A stretch of DNA of 64,000 bases from Octopus sinensis (lineage: Eukaryota): NCBI RefSeq assembly GCF_006345805.1, contig NC_042999.1:117304001-117368000 (forward strand). Direction: 5' to 3'. Below, one piece after another: positions 9,985 to 23,335 of this stretch. Every line of letters starts with the position of its first letter. The stretch's first letter is position 1. A model generated the notes under the pieces. That model had not been told where the DNA came from, searched no databases, and saw nothing but the letters and a program-made list of their open reading frames with translations. A program made the position numbers and the translations under genes.

Positions 9985-11460
9985 AGTACAAGCTATACAG
10001 TGAATGGCATTGAAAGACTAACCCACAAATAGTCCACACAGTTATCTCTGACAACTACAAAAACAACACTTATTTTATTGTTACAACAGAATTAAGCTAT
10101 CAACCGGCATATTCCAAGGTAATAGTTTATCTGTAATGTTGTACTGTCAGTGAATCCCTTGTCAACCTTGTTAGAAAAATACCGAGGCTACATCTTGGTA
10201 TATGCAGAAAAGAATAAAACTTAATGTCACCCACACAATTTTGTTGATGATCTAAAATTATTTTCCGGTAACAGGATCAACATTAAGAGACAATTAGAAC
10301 CTAGTTACAACATTTTCAAGAGACTGGAATGGAGTTTGAGCAAGATAAACGACCATACATGATAGTCAACCGAGGAAGATTGTCAGCCAGAGAACATGTA
10401 CATCAGTGGCTTGCATATCTACCCTATCTCTCACGATGAAAACTACAAGTGATGAGAATGTTGCATACGTTGGTGCTTTGACTTCAACCAGAATAACAAA
10501 AGAGTATTTCTGAAGACCCCAGAAAATATAGAACTCAGAACTGTCTGCAGTTAACAAGATTATACCCCACAATACTTTGCAGTGCCAGTGCTAGTATCCA
10601 CATTTGGAATACTAGACTGGACACTCAACGAGATACGCAACCTAGACATCAAAACTAGGAAGTTACCGACCACCACTGGCAACGTCCATATTAACAGTAA
10701 AAAGAACTACTTTGCAAGTATTCTGAGAATACAACAGTCTTATGCGACCCAAAGTAGGCTGGACTGGCCATCTTAAGCAGAGGCTTGGAGGAGAAGTAGG
10801 CATCATACCAACAAAAAAGCAATGTATGGGTACATATCCTGTAAGCCAGAGGATAGCAAGAGAATTGACAGGAAGAGTAGCCTCTCCTGGACCTATGATA
10901 GATACCTTGCATCCCACCTAGAAGGATATGCCTTTGCTATCCGGGAACCGGATATAGCTACCAAATACCTGATAAACAAGAGGAGCAAAGATATCACCAA
11001 ATCTCCCCATTGAGACAGAAAATGCCAGCTCTGCTATACCAGTGTGGAATATATCACCCATATCATTAACAGCTGCCCCCAAATATCTACAAGATACTAC
11101 CTGCCGCTGAGGCATGACACGGTTGCAGAAACTTTTTACAATGCTATCCACAGATTACCCTGACGCATACATAAAAGGCATGTCAGAACCAGCATGTATT
11201 CACACCTTTAAAAACTAGGAATACAGGTGGAACATATAACAGACGTATTATTGTTTTGTGGGACAGGAAACAAAATTCATGCACTGTTGTAGAAGTCAGA
11301 TGCCCAGTGAATGTGAAAAAGAGAACTTTTATGATGAATTAATGCGGAATTTACTTCTGTGGCTTTTACTTATTTTTTGATATGTTCACTGCTATTTGTG
11401 ACAGCACTGTATCAGACAATGAGCTTCATTATATCCTTGACGAAAGATCCGGCTATTATT
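9985..11460 (+). mobile_element. R4/Dong-clade non-LTR retrotransposon fragment (RT, CCHC knuckle, REL endonuclease), decayed
   Basis: Frameshifted translation: TGIFQG(D/N)SLSVM..VNPLSTLL; FVDDLKLF; FAVPVLVSTFGILDWTLNEIRNLDIKTRK; C.LC...VEYITHIINSCPQISTRYYLPLRHDTVA; SCTVVEVRCP..EKENFYDELMRNL. Confidence 0.85.
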
Positions 11461-11884
11461 GCGCTGCTGGACATCTGTTACTGAGGAACCCATAGCAGGG
11501 TGAAATCATGGGATTTGGCAGTTTCGGCGGTTGTAGCAGACGATTCTAATCTGTCAACGATATAATTATGTATGTTTTTATGTACCACGAGTCCTTATGA
11601 GATTCGTGATGCATACATCCAACGCAAAGTTTCAAACAACCACAGTTATGAAACTTATGTAGGAACAAATAATATAGACTTGTATTTATAGTAATTTCTC
11701 CAACATTTGCTATGCATATTGTATCTAGTAATACTACTAAGTATAGTAAATGATTAACCACTATACGGGAAGCAAACTAGATGATAATAATCTATGTGGT
11801 GCTCTAAGCTTAACAGTATCAGTCGTACATCTATTTGCACACATAAGATACATTACAGTAATAATAATAATGATAATATATACA

Positions 11885-11955
<71 letters not shown>

Positions 11956-12419
11956 CTACGTAATTCATATTACTGCATGATTAAAGAAAAGGATATATTG
12001 CAATAGCTGTAATTGTTTTCAAAATAATGCAAGTATGTGCATTTAATAACGAAAACGTTAATTTGAAATTTTAAAATGTTTTTTTTTCAATATATTAAAA
12101 ATGGAAATGTAATTACGTTGAAAACAAACGAAATATATTTGTATAGAAAAATATTCTTTATATTTATAGATGCACTTATATAAAATAATCGCATGCAGCT
12201 GTAAGCCCTCTAACTCTAATAAGTTTCTGATTAAAAATAAAATTTAAAAATTTATAGTTTATGAATCCCTGATGTTCAAAAACCTGAAAATCTAAAGGCT
12301 GATGGACAAAACGGAAACAAGATGATTACAATGAAATTGTTGATGAACAGCTGACTAATAACCAAATTAACTAACATTTCAATTTTAAAATGTCTGCATG
12401 TAATATATTGGTTAAAATT

Positions 12420-12560
12420 TTAGCGCAAGGCCAGCAATTTCGGGGAGGGTGTAAGTCTTTTATATCGACCCCGGTGTTCAACTGGTACTTATCTTATCGC
12501 CCCCGGGAAGGTGTAAGGCAAAGTCAGTCGCGGTAGAGTTTGAAGTCAGAGAGTAAAGGT
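12420..12560 (-). mobile_element. SINE family A, partial
   Basis: ATCGACCCC..CAACTGGTACTTAT...GGCAAAGTC...TTTGAAGTCAGA. Confidence 0.8.
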
Positions 12561-12941
12561 AGAGGAAGTGTAGCTAACAAATTTGTCAAGTCGCCGACTT
12601 ATTTACCTGTTATATGTATCTCTAGATCGACGTATGTATTCGATAACTGTAGATGTATCCCTAGATCGATGTATATATATATATGTATCCCTAGATACAT
12701 AAATGTATCCCTAGATCGATGTATATATTCGATATCTGTATTTAGATTTCAAACACATTTATCGTTTGCAATCTCCATGGATCCTATTCGTTACGTTTAA
12801 CAACTTCACATAATAGCAAAAAATATTCTGAAAATTAATGGCTTGGGAATGTTATTTGATTTACAAGAACGTATTAAAATTATTTATCTAAAACAAAAAC
12901 TAACGCTGAATTTCTCAAAACCTTATTGCTTTTAAAATGAT

Positions 12942-13082
12942 TCAGCTCGATGTTTCATGCAACGACGAGGTATTTTTTAGCGCTTCTTGCATCTGATTAT
13001 TGGTTGCAGGAGCAGCTAAAATTTCTTCAGAACTTGATGTAGTTTCTAGAACCAGAAACAAGTGACTAATTATCCTGTCAGA
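12942..13082 (-). other. Candidate terminal coding exon (weak)
   Basis: Strong acceptor TTTTTTCTTTTTCTGCAG| then one open frame, SDRIISHLFLVLETTSSSEEILAAPATNNQMQEALKNTSSLHETSS*; no family recognised. Confidence 0.15.
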
Positions 13083-13278
13083 CTGCAGAAAAAGAAAAAA
13101 AGCGTATAGTTCCAGTTCATTCAACCTTGCATGTCAATAGCAGCTCGATATATTTCCATGACTATCATCGTAGTTTCCACTTTAAGCAAACAATATTTAT
13201 ACTCTTTTAACACACACACACACCACACACACACACACACCACACACACACACACCACACACACACACAACACACACA

Positions 13279-13311
<33 letters not shown>

Positions 13312-13799
13312 CTGTCTATCTATTCATGTATTTCGGAGGTGTACTTGCTAGACAAGTGAGTTGATCTGAAGCTTAAACGATTGCAATGTATAAAACACAG
13401 CTTAGCCAGTCAAAAACACACAAAAACTTTATTTGTAAAACATTTATTATTTGGTTTAAAGATTTTTCGTTGCGCCAACTTAATTATATATATATATATT
13501 ATATATATATATATATATATTTATATCGCATTCGGTGGAGGAAGGGAATATTAGACGATCCATCTTTCAAGAATCCCTTTTTCATCTTAAAGGTATATTT
13601 GACACCCTATCTTTATCCAAGCAAAAAATAGAGCTTAATTCGAACTTTTCCACATTGGAGGGTTGCTAAGAAAAAAACAAACTATACAACAATCAATGCA
13701 GTTCGCAGCACTTTCTGGTTCTAGAAATGAAACTGCAATTTTCTTGAATTTGTGAGGACAAAATCATCAACTACTAAATTTAATGACCCAAGAAAGTTA

Positions 13800-14030
13800 G
13801 TATTTGATTTTAAATACAAAGACAGCTAAGTCATATCCACTGCATATCCTGCAAATAACTGAACAGGTATCCCGTCGCACTCCCCAAAAAGGAAAAAAAA
13901 TCGACAGCTCCAATTCATTCAAGCTTGGGTGGCATACACTGCATACAAAGTATTCCCAAGGGCTACCAATAACAACAGAAAAAGGAAGACCTCAAAGAAT
14001 TCGCAAAACTGATACCAAAAATTGCAGTGA
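13800..14030 (+). pseudogene. Possible decayed RTE-type APE endonuclease fragment
   Basis: HILQITEQVSRR / LQFIQAWVAYTA / EDLKEFAKLIPK loosely resemble SERI...IIQVYAPT...FYEDL. Confidence 0.3.
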
Positions 14031-14599
14031 ATAATTATACTAATTATTAGCAGATTGGTTAACACAGAATTTGTTGAATCAAGTGCCCACAATATTGGAC
14101 AAAGTTGAAAACATAATAGATCATGCTAACATAAATAGCTATAAACAGATAGCTATAGATATACTATTTTCTGTCAATATATCCACGTTTAATAGAAAAA
14201 TATATTTCACTTGAATAATGCATTCAAATTTCTAAACAATCAAATCTATAAACCAGGTATAAATTAAAAACATGTAATAAAAATATTTTATCTGTCTTCT
14301 TGTTTCAATATATCAACACTTAGACAATAATAGTTCACTCAAATACATATTCAGATTTTTATATAATTCACTAACTCACAGAAAATACGAAGCTAAAACA
14401 TCAATATTCGTTGGAAAACTTTTAACCTTTTGAGGTAAATTTATAAAATATTGAATATTTTCTTCATCCACCAAACACATCATATATGATACATATATAT
14501 TAATATCGTCTGTGGGATCTGTCAAAAATTTTATTTGTAAGAAGCTTTGATTCCTTGCAAACAGGAATCTATGTACTAGTTTTAGACGATCCATCTTTT

Positions 14600-15110
14600 T
14601 CTAGACAAGTTTAAAGTTTTCTTAGAGATTCGCTTCTATGACTTAGCTAGCAAATGCGATACGTAATGATATCCGCTTTGCAACTGCATTTGCATTGGAA
14701 TAGCAATGGATCTAATTGATTTCGGTGAAAATTCTTGTATAAAATGTCACTTCGATAATAGGATTTTAAGGCTTGTATAATGCCTTCGTTGAATTAACGA
14801 TGTTTGTTTGATGGTAAGGAAATTACTTTGCTGTTCCTTAATGAGGTATTATTTCCATGTGCCATACAATTTTCATCGAATAAGGACAATTCCTTGTGAT
14901 TTAATTTCAAATCTCGCTTAAATAATCACTTGTTATAAAGCCAAAACATAATAAAGCTCTATTCATCCACGCATTTGCGTAGAATAGAAATGAACACGTA
15001 AATTTTCAACGGTCTTATGACAAAAATATTTACTTTTGTCAATCACTAGAAGCTCTATTTTCTATCCCTTGCTACTAGAACTATCCTTTGCTCCTTTAAA
15101 ATTCTTACTA
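14600..15110 (-). pseudogene. pogo/Tigger (DDE_1) transposase relic; its downstream part 14165-14530 is the apparent donor of the 8878 insertion
   Basis: Minus translation LLVIDKSK..ENLRVHFYS..ANAWMNRA..ENCMAH..LRNSKVISLPSN..EGIIQALKSYYR matches PLVIGKSK..AWMT..DNCSAH..FLPPNTTS..DQGII..K..YR. Confidence 0.85.
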
Positions 15111-15236
15111 TATGTTACATTTCACCTTTCACCTCATCCAATTCATTCAACTCTCATTGATTTCATTCATGCACGACCCAAGTCTCTCGTAGACTTCCAT
15201 GCCCGAGTGCTTCTAGCGATATCTGTTCTAGTTTCC

Positions 15237-15280
<44 letters not shown>

Positions 15281-16128
15281 AACACATTCAACATATTTGT
15301 GGTGGTGCAAATATGATGCACAACAGTTCATTGATGGTGTTATGGTAGTTAAGAATATAAATATTATAGAGAGAAAGATAGATAAAAACTAGTGAGTGGA
15401 GGAGAACGTTATAGATAAAGTGTGAAAGAGAAGGTAGCTAAATGTATCAAGTAGTTGAGCATATGTTTGTTAACAATACTGAAGATGAATAAAATATATT
15501 ATATCAAATTTCATTTAATTCTGTCTAAAATTGTTACGTCATCAATATTTGCGTAAATATACTGCCAGTACTTATTACGTAATCATAAACAGAACCTACA
15601 TGTTATTAGATATTATATATAGAAAACTTATTTGATAACTAAGTACACTAAAACTGTTATTACTTTAAGATAATACGTTATATCTTAAGTTTTGTTTAAT
15701 AGGTTACTATAGTAATTTTAACTAAATATTTCAGAGAAGTATTTTTAATGAAATTACCAGTAAAATAGATATACATTGCCACTTATATTAGATTTAGCTT
15801 ATATTTATCATATTTAATTAGTACATTATATTTATTTAGTATATTAAGCCCGAAAAAAACCCCAGCATTATACCAGAAATATTGTTCTATTTGAATATAT
15901 AGATACCTTTAATATATAAGCAGTTATCAATGATTACTATAAACCTAATGATAATTCCTAAATATCCATTTTGATGCATTTAAGAGACGTCTTCTAGAAA
16001 ATAATATCAAATAGAACTTTTCTAAACAAAGAAAGCAGAATGAGTTTCCAGGTTTATAATCAGTTGCCTTGCTTATAATTTCCCACTTTACAAAAAATCT
16101 TTTCCCTGTAAGTTAGGATTTATACTTC

Positions 16129-16171
<43 letters not shown>

Positions 16172-16888
16172 TTGGGTGAAAGAAAATACAGGAGGATCAC
16201 TCTTCAGTATATACATGCAAACATATGTATACACACAATAATATATTTAATTTTTTACTTGAAAACGCATTTCTTAAAATTTCTTCGTCTTGTGATCTTT
16301 TCCTTCTTTTTTTCATTCCTCATATGTAGAATTCATGGCTCATCCTAGTGGTCAAATACTGTAGGAGACAATCATTTCTAGATTATTCTAAAGCAAAGAG
16401 TAAGGAAAGTTCACAGAATATTTAACATTTCTTTACGCATTAATTACATCTTAAAATCTTACATACATCTCTTATTTGGGATCGTCAGCACGGCATAACC
16501 AAAGGCTAAATTAAATATTTTACGAAACTAGGCATTTCTTATACAATAGTTTACAGTTTAAAAGGCATTCATAAGATGCTGCTTTTTTTCATCATAAATC
16601 ATTAACAGTTTAGCTCCCCTCTTTCTTTCTTCATCTGTCTGTCATCTCTGCCTGTGTGTCTGTCTGTCTGTTGCTCTAAATAATAAAGATAGCTTATTCG
16701 CAATTTACAACCGAAAGGCAGAACTACAGATGTCCCTAAAGTGACTAAGGGTACTAGTTAGCACCAGCATTGCTAGAAATAAGAATCAAAATAATTCTTA
16801 GTCACGAGAACGCACTTCTCTTATGACAGACAAGAGAGGCAGGCTCCCTATAGCATCCACAGTATAGCCAGATCACCAGTAATTTCAG

Positions 16889-16890
<2 letters not shown>

Positions 16891-16951
<61 letters not shown>

Positions 16952-16962
16952 ATATATATATG

Positions 16963-17023
<61 letters not shown>

Positions 17024-17034
17024 ATATGTATATG

Positions 17035-17068
<34 letters not shown>

Positions 17069-17117
17069 TATGCACATACATATATTTATATATATATATA
17101 TCCATATATATATATGT

Positions 17118-17155
<38 letters not shown>

Positions 17156-17166
17156 GGGAGAGAGAG
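16891..17166. repeat. Long compound (TA)n/(TATG)n/(GA)n microsatellite
   Basis: Direct reading. Confidence 0.95.
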
Positions 17167-17995
17167 ATTAAGTGCTTCCGTCCATTTGAGTATGACGAGT
17201 CGCCTATACAGCTAAGCGCTTTATAGGTGCAAAACCAGCGGTACTCTCTTACCGGCCATAACAAAAAACATTCTCTCTCACTCCCCCCCCCCATACACAC
17301 TTACATATATGTGTATAGGTATTTATATGGTTCCCTACTGAAGTTGCCATCCAACTTTTTGTCATTTTATACAATTCTGTCAAATACATTGATATTTTCT
17401 ATCGTAGAATATCGACAGGGTGAAGAATATAGAAGAAAAATTTATGTAATAGAACCTCATGAAAAAACCCACCTACAAAATTTCCTCAAACAGTTTTGTT
17501 CAGTGAAATACGAAGTGATTATCAAAACAACTTCAGATCAAATGACAGCTCCTTTAAACGATCAGAAAATATCACTTAAAATGTCATTTGCTTTATGACT
17601 GTTTACGAAACGACAGTAATGAAACACTCTCATCTATATATACACAACACATACGCTATACACATACACAAGCACATTCACACTCCGCTCATACAAACGA
17701 AAGTAACGACACAAGCTCATCTACGCACACTACACAACACATCGTGTTCACCCACGTACGCTCTCACATCATAATACATACATACATATATGCATGCACA
17801 CAATCACCCACACGCACACACACAGACACACATACACACACTCACACACTTTCATACACATATTTATCTATGTATAGTGAAAATAAGGACATATACTCAC
17901 CTACACTTACTCATATACGCACGTGTGTTTAGTTACGTATGTTTGAATATTGTTCTATTTGTCAGTGTACCTCTCTCTCTTTCTCTCTCTTTCTT

Positions 17996-18026
<31 letters not shown>

Positions 18027-19302
18027 GTAGCTGTCTGTCTGTTTATCTATTTGTCTGCCTGTCTGTCTGTTCAAAGAAGCACAAATGTCACCATACATGA
18101 ACATTTGGATCACTGATTATGCAAAACATTAGATTAGTAGCCTAAAGGTTTTTCCATTTCAGAAAATCAACGGCTTTATTCCGCTTCAGCAAGTCATACT
18201 TATTAAGACGACATGTTCTGTCTACTTGTGTAACGTATATCCAACTTATGCCACAGTCTTTTTCTAAGCAGTTGCTGAAGATAGAGCGTGACTTAGTTTA
18301 ACAGAAAATATCACGTACATCTGTGTTCAAATTGTATTCTGAGTGACTTATTCTTTCATCATCCCGAGGTCGATGGAATATTTCTCTAAATTATTTGTTT
18401 TTTCTGTTTGTTTTTTAAAGTTGAGAAAGAATTCGAAGACAAGTTAATTACATATAATAATTAAGAACTAACAGGATTCATGAAAATTCCACATTTTATA
18501 AATATTTTTTCAGATATTTACGCGCATAAATTTATAAATTTTCCTAATACTATTTCATTATGTTATATATTTTGATAATATTTTTGCCCTCAATCCATAG
18601 CTGAGGTCGTTGAAATTGTAACACTCTAATACGTTTCATTTATGTTAAAGATTTCGACTGTCTTCAATATCATTCCATAAAAAATTGTACGGTTGAAATT
18701 ATGAAAATTTGCGTTGAAGTTTTCAGTTATGTCTTCGATTTCATTTCATAATCAACTTTGTTGAAAAAGCGTAACTCAAACTTATTTCCTTATTATAAAA
18801 AAATGTTTCGCAGTTGAGCTTATTGAAAGCCTAAACTCGAACACAGAATGACAAACTGAATAATTCAAATATAGATAATTAGCTCGAGTCTGTTCGCTGT
18901 CAAGCTAATGAGACAATGTAAAATATCATTCGTTTATTTTCACACAATTTGTTTTTTAAAAAATATTTTTGTATATTTTAGTTTTCGTTTGTCGCCTTTT
19001 TTTTATTATTGTTTAGCACCACGTCAGTCCTCATTGAACAAATTTATGATTAAAAGCATTTAAGCCACGACCAACTAATAATTTTTTATATCTGAGAGTA
19101 CATTGGCCAGAATGCGTTCCTCTTTTGTAAGACAAGAGGATGTGATCTGAGGACATTTATTTGCTACTTCTAGAAGATCGAACGATCTGTTTAAGTACAC
19201 TTATGTTGCATACATGTTTGTGTGCCTGTCCTTTTAATATTATGTCAGAACAGCAAGCGGAAAGAAAGAAAGAGAAAGTGAAAGAGAGGGAGAGAGAGAG
19301 AA

Positions 19303-19333
<31 letters not shown>

Positions 19334-19505
19334 CAGACAGACAGAGGGGATATAAAAAACTTTTGGACAGTTATCGAAATTTGAGTTTGAGAGAAGTAAT
19401 GATAGGAAGAAAGAAAAACTGCGTCTTAGAGCTGATTGTATAACGAGTAGGTAACAGGATGAGAGAAACGATGCCGAAATAAAAGGGCCGAAGAAATGCA
19501 ACTAA

Positions 19506-19739
19506 TACAGGGTGTTTCATAATGATAGAACACATTCTAAATGCGAGTAACTACGTCTTGAACAAGCACATTTACTAAGTAAAGTATGTAATACATAAAC
19601 AAATTACAGTAGTTTATAGAAATATTCAAGGTTTGAATATCATGTCCTTTAGATAGCAGCCACCTCCAAGAGAACATTCTCGGAGTCTCTCTGCCATGGT
19701 TAACATAGTACGGCGCAGTACATCAGCTGGGATGGCGGC
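19506..19739 (-). mobile_element. 3' end of a Tc1/mariner-superfamily transposon (maT/rosa-like C-terminus) with TIR and TA target
   Basis: TA|CAGGGTGTTTCATAATG terminus; minus translation AAIPADVLRRTMLTMAERLRECSLGGGCYLKDMIFKP* (19739-19626). Confidence 0.75.
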
Positions 19740-19944
19740 TCTCTCCCTCCGAATGTTTTTATATAACTGTGTTTAACAAGATAGACAGTGAGTTAGAGAG
19801 TGGGAGGGAGGAAACAAATCAGAGCAAGCGAACGAGAGAAAGAGAGAAAGATAATTCTCTCTTTAGTAAAGAAAATAACACACAAACTTATGCAACAAAA
19901 ATGTGTCGTCTTTTACTCTGAAGTGAACAATAATACAAAAGCCT

Positions 19945-20176
19945 GGCGGCGAGCTGGCAGAAACGTTAACACGCTGGGCGAAATGCGTAGCCGTATTTCG
20001 TCTGCCGTTACGTTCTGGGTTCAAATTCCGCCGAGGTCGACTTTGACTTTCATCCTTTCGGGGTCGATAAATTAAGTACCAGTTACGCACTGGGGTCGTT
20101 GAAATCGACTTAATCCATTTGTTTGTCCTTGTTTGTCCTCTCTGTGTTTAGCCCCTTTTTGGGTAGTAAAGAAATA
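19945..20176 (+). mobile_element. Full-length SINE family A with a 15 bp TSD
   Basis: GGCGGCGAGCTGGCAGAAACG head, GGGTTCAAATTCC B box; TSD AATAATAC(A/T)AAAGCC at 19929-19943 and 20177-20191. Confidence 0.9.
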
Positions 20177-22387
20177 AATAATACTAAAGCCATACAATCG
20201 TGGCTCGCTGGTTTCAAATAGTATTGAGGCAAACAACGAGACTTTAATAGTTGCTCTGATTGCCGCCATTGTAATACAATTAAATTACAATTACTCATCA
20301 ATAGCAGATGATGTAGATTTTTTCCAACATACTATATATGTTCAACTCGATAAATAATATGTGACAACCTACCGGAGATAATCTAATGTCAGCTTGAATA
20401 ATTTTGATAGTTTTAAAGTAAAACATTCTCTTTTCTACAGCTTTTACGAGTTTCGTTATTTTTCTTTAGAATATTAGTATCTTGAATTATAAGAAAATAA
20501 CTTTCTGTTAAATTTATTCACTATATTAACACTATTTAGAAATATATTGGGAAAAAGGGGAAAAAATGTTACGTTGTGCTATTGGCAAGAGCGGTATATT
20601 AACTCCAGCAAATTAATATTTCTGCAACCATATTTGTAAGAAGGGAATGCCCAAATATATATGCTATTAGTCTGGTAACTAATGAATCGTGAATTCAAAT
20701 CCACCGCAGAGCACCAATATTTTATATTGCTTCAGTTCACTTAACTGTAGAGAAATGGTACCATATTTCCTATATTGCAAGAATTTGTAGTGGTAATCAA
20801 TATTTATTGCAAAGCAATCGTATTGATTTGAAGAAAAGGTAAGAAGTTTTTACTGAAATTGTAACACGAACAGTAGCTGGCTAACTGAAAACTGGCTTAC
20901 TGTTCATATCTTCAAATATATAATGCGTTGTGTATGTGTATGTGGCCAGCGATTAAAGTTTCAAATCGTTTAATTCACTTAATTCACGTACAAGCGGTTT
21001 TCTTTACTGCTGAGAAATTTTGAAAAGTGCCGTTGGCTTGATTTTAGATGCTGCTTTTTCGTAAGTTTTATGTACCATTAAAGGGCGCCCCGTTAGCTTG
21101 CCATGTTGAGTTGTTGTAGTCAACCTATGGCAATAAGAAACCACTTTCTTTATTCTCATGAAGATGTACTGAAATTGATGGTATCAATTGGAGTTTGTTC
21201 TCCCTTAAGTGAAAACGACGACGATGGTGATCGCGACGCCAGCAACAACGAAACGATATCAACAGCAGTAATATTAACGATACCATTGAAGCAGTTTCTC
21301 GAAATTAAAGCCAAATATTTCTCAAATACCAACTATCTCCCTGTTATCAAAATTAATAAGATACAAGATAAAAATTAACTCTCAATATAATAAGGTCTTT
21401 TGTAAATTCATCGCAGTTAATTTACATTGTGATAAATGCATTGCTATTAGTTTCATTGTCTGATAATTACACTGCACGGTAATCACTTAGCAAGCTGATT
21501 TGTTGTCGGTGAATTAATCATCATATATATCTTTTTTATCTACAGAGTAGACATATCTAACCATTAAAGTTTTATTAGGTGAATAAGCAAATAAGTAACT
21601 CTTCATTGGCCATCAGAAAGAAAGTTTTTCATTAGTTTATTTACTGGCGAGCAAATTTAGAAGGGCTTAATTTTTATTTTTAACTTTTAAAGTCAGAATA
21701 CGTAGACTTTATTTTTTAATGCAACAGCAGGGAAAATTTATAAAAGTGTTAAAAGAACTAAAGGAATATATAATGAAAATTGTTCTTTTCATTTTCAAAT
21801 AATCGTAAAAATAAAAGACAACTTTCAAGTTCTCTGTATGACTATACAGTGAAATATACTATTATATATATAAACTAAGTGAAATATATTATTAATGCTA
21901 ATTAACAATATTACAATGTAGCCTTGATTCATTAAATATTTACGTCAATCTAAAGAGGAAATGACGGAAATAACAGCCTCTCAAAGTAAATAAATATGTT
22001 GCCTTTTATTAACAATGACAAAGACATTCAAAGGCAATTGTTAATTGCAAATTAATTAAATATTTACACGAAAAAATCAAATCAAAGTTACTTTCAAACA
22101 TCGAATCTCTCTCTCTTTCTCTCTTTCACCCTTTCTTTTTCTCTTTCTTTCCCTCTCTCTCTCTCTCTCTCTCTATCTCTTTGTCTTTCTCTCTCGCTCT
22201 CTCAGACACATATACATAGGCACACACACACACATAAATGTCCGCATGCGCACACAGTAAAACTTAATTTTTAAATCAACACATCCCGGTTAAAAAGTTT
22301 GCTTCGCTACCAAGTGGAATAAACGTTAATCTCGGTGTGTGGCACTGTGGGGCAATGTCTTCCACCAGATATATATATATATCGGCT

Positions 22388-22598
<211 letters not shown>

Positions 22599-22934
22599 AC
22601 TCACAAACCTAACACAGATAACATATGATATCTTTATCAATAAAAGACCTCAAAAGCGTACATGTTGCAGTAACCCTCGACATTAACAGAGCTTTGGATT
22701 CCATTTTCAAATGCTCATTGATGCAAAAAGTACTCAATATCATCTTAAGAAGCAACTTGAAACACTGGGTAGCAAACAACTTTTCAGGCTGCGAAAACTT
22801 TACAAAAACCAAAACAAAACGAAGCAAAAAAAAAAAAAACAGCGAAAAACAAAAACAAAAGCAAAGCAAAAAGCAAAACAAAAAACAAAAGGAAACCACT
22901 TCCAGAACGGTGTGGGACTATTGGGCGCAGATTG

Positions 22935-23335
22935 CAGCTGGCAGAATCGTTAGCACGCTGGGTGAAATGCTTAGCGGTATTTCGTCTGCCGCTATGTTCT
23001 GAGTTCATATTTCGCCGAGGTCCACTTTGCCTTTCATCCTTTTGGGGTCGTTTAAATAAGTACCAGTTACGCACTGAGGTCGATGTAATCGACTTAACCC
23101 GTTTGTCTGTCCTTGTTTATCCCCTCTGTGTTTAGCCCCTTGTGGGTAGTTAAGAAATAGGTTTTTTTGTCTGCCGCTGCGTTCTGAGTTCAAATTCCGC
23201 CAAGGTCGACTTTGCCTTTCATCCTTTCGGGGGTCGATGCAATAAGTACCAGTTATGCACTGGTGTCGATATAATCGACTAACTCCCATTCCCCCAAAAC
23301 TTTTGAAGGCTTTGTGCCTAGAGTAGAAATAATTA
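22935..23335 (+). mobile_element. SINE family A full copy followed immediately by a 5'-truncated second copy
   Basis: Two successive TTCTGAGTTCA.AT...GTC.ACTTTGCCTTTCATCCTTT.GGGG blocks. Confidence 0.85.

Noticed and set aside
15600-16050. Very AT-rich segment considered as a NUMT or PLE RT
   Set aside because: No mitochondrial gene motif under the invertebrate code; only a weak YKPNDN similarity to PLE RT.
17400-17598. Possible plus-strand exon EYRQGEEYRRKIYVIEPHEK...
   Set aside because: Mediocre acceptor, no recognisable domain, and length expected by chance.
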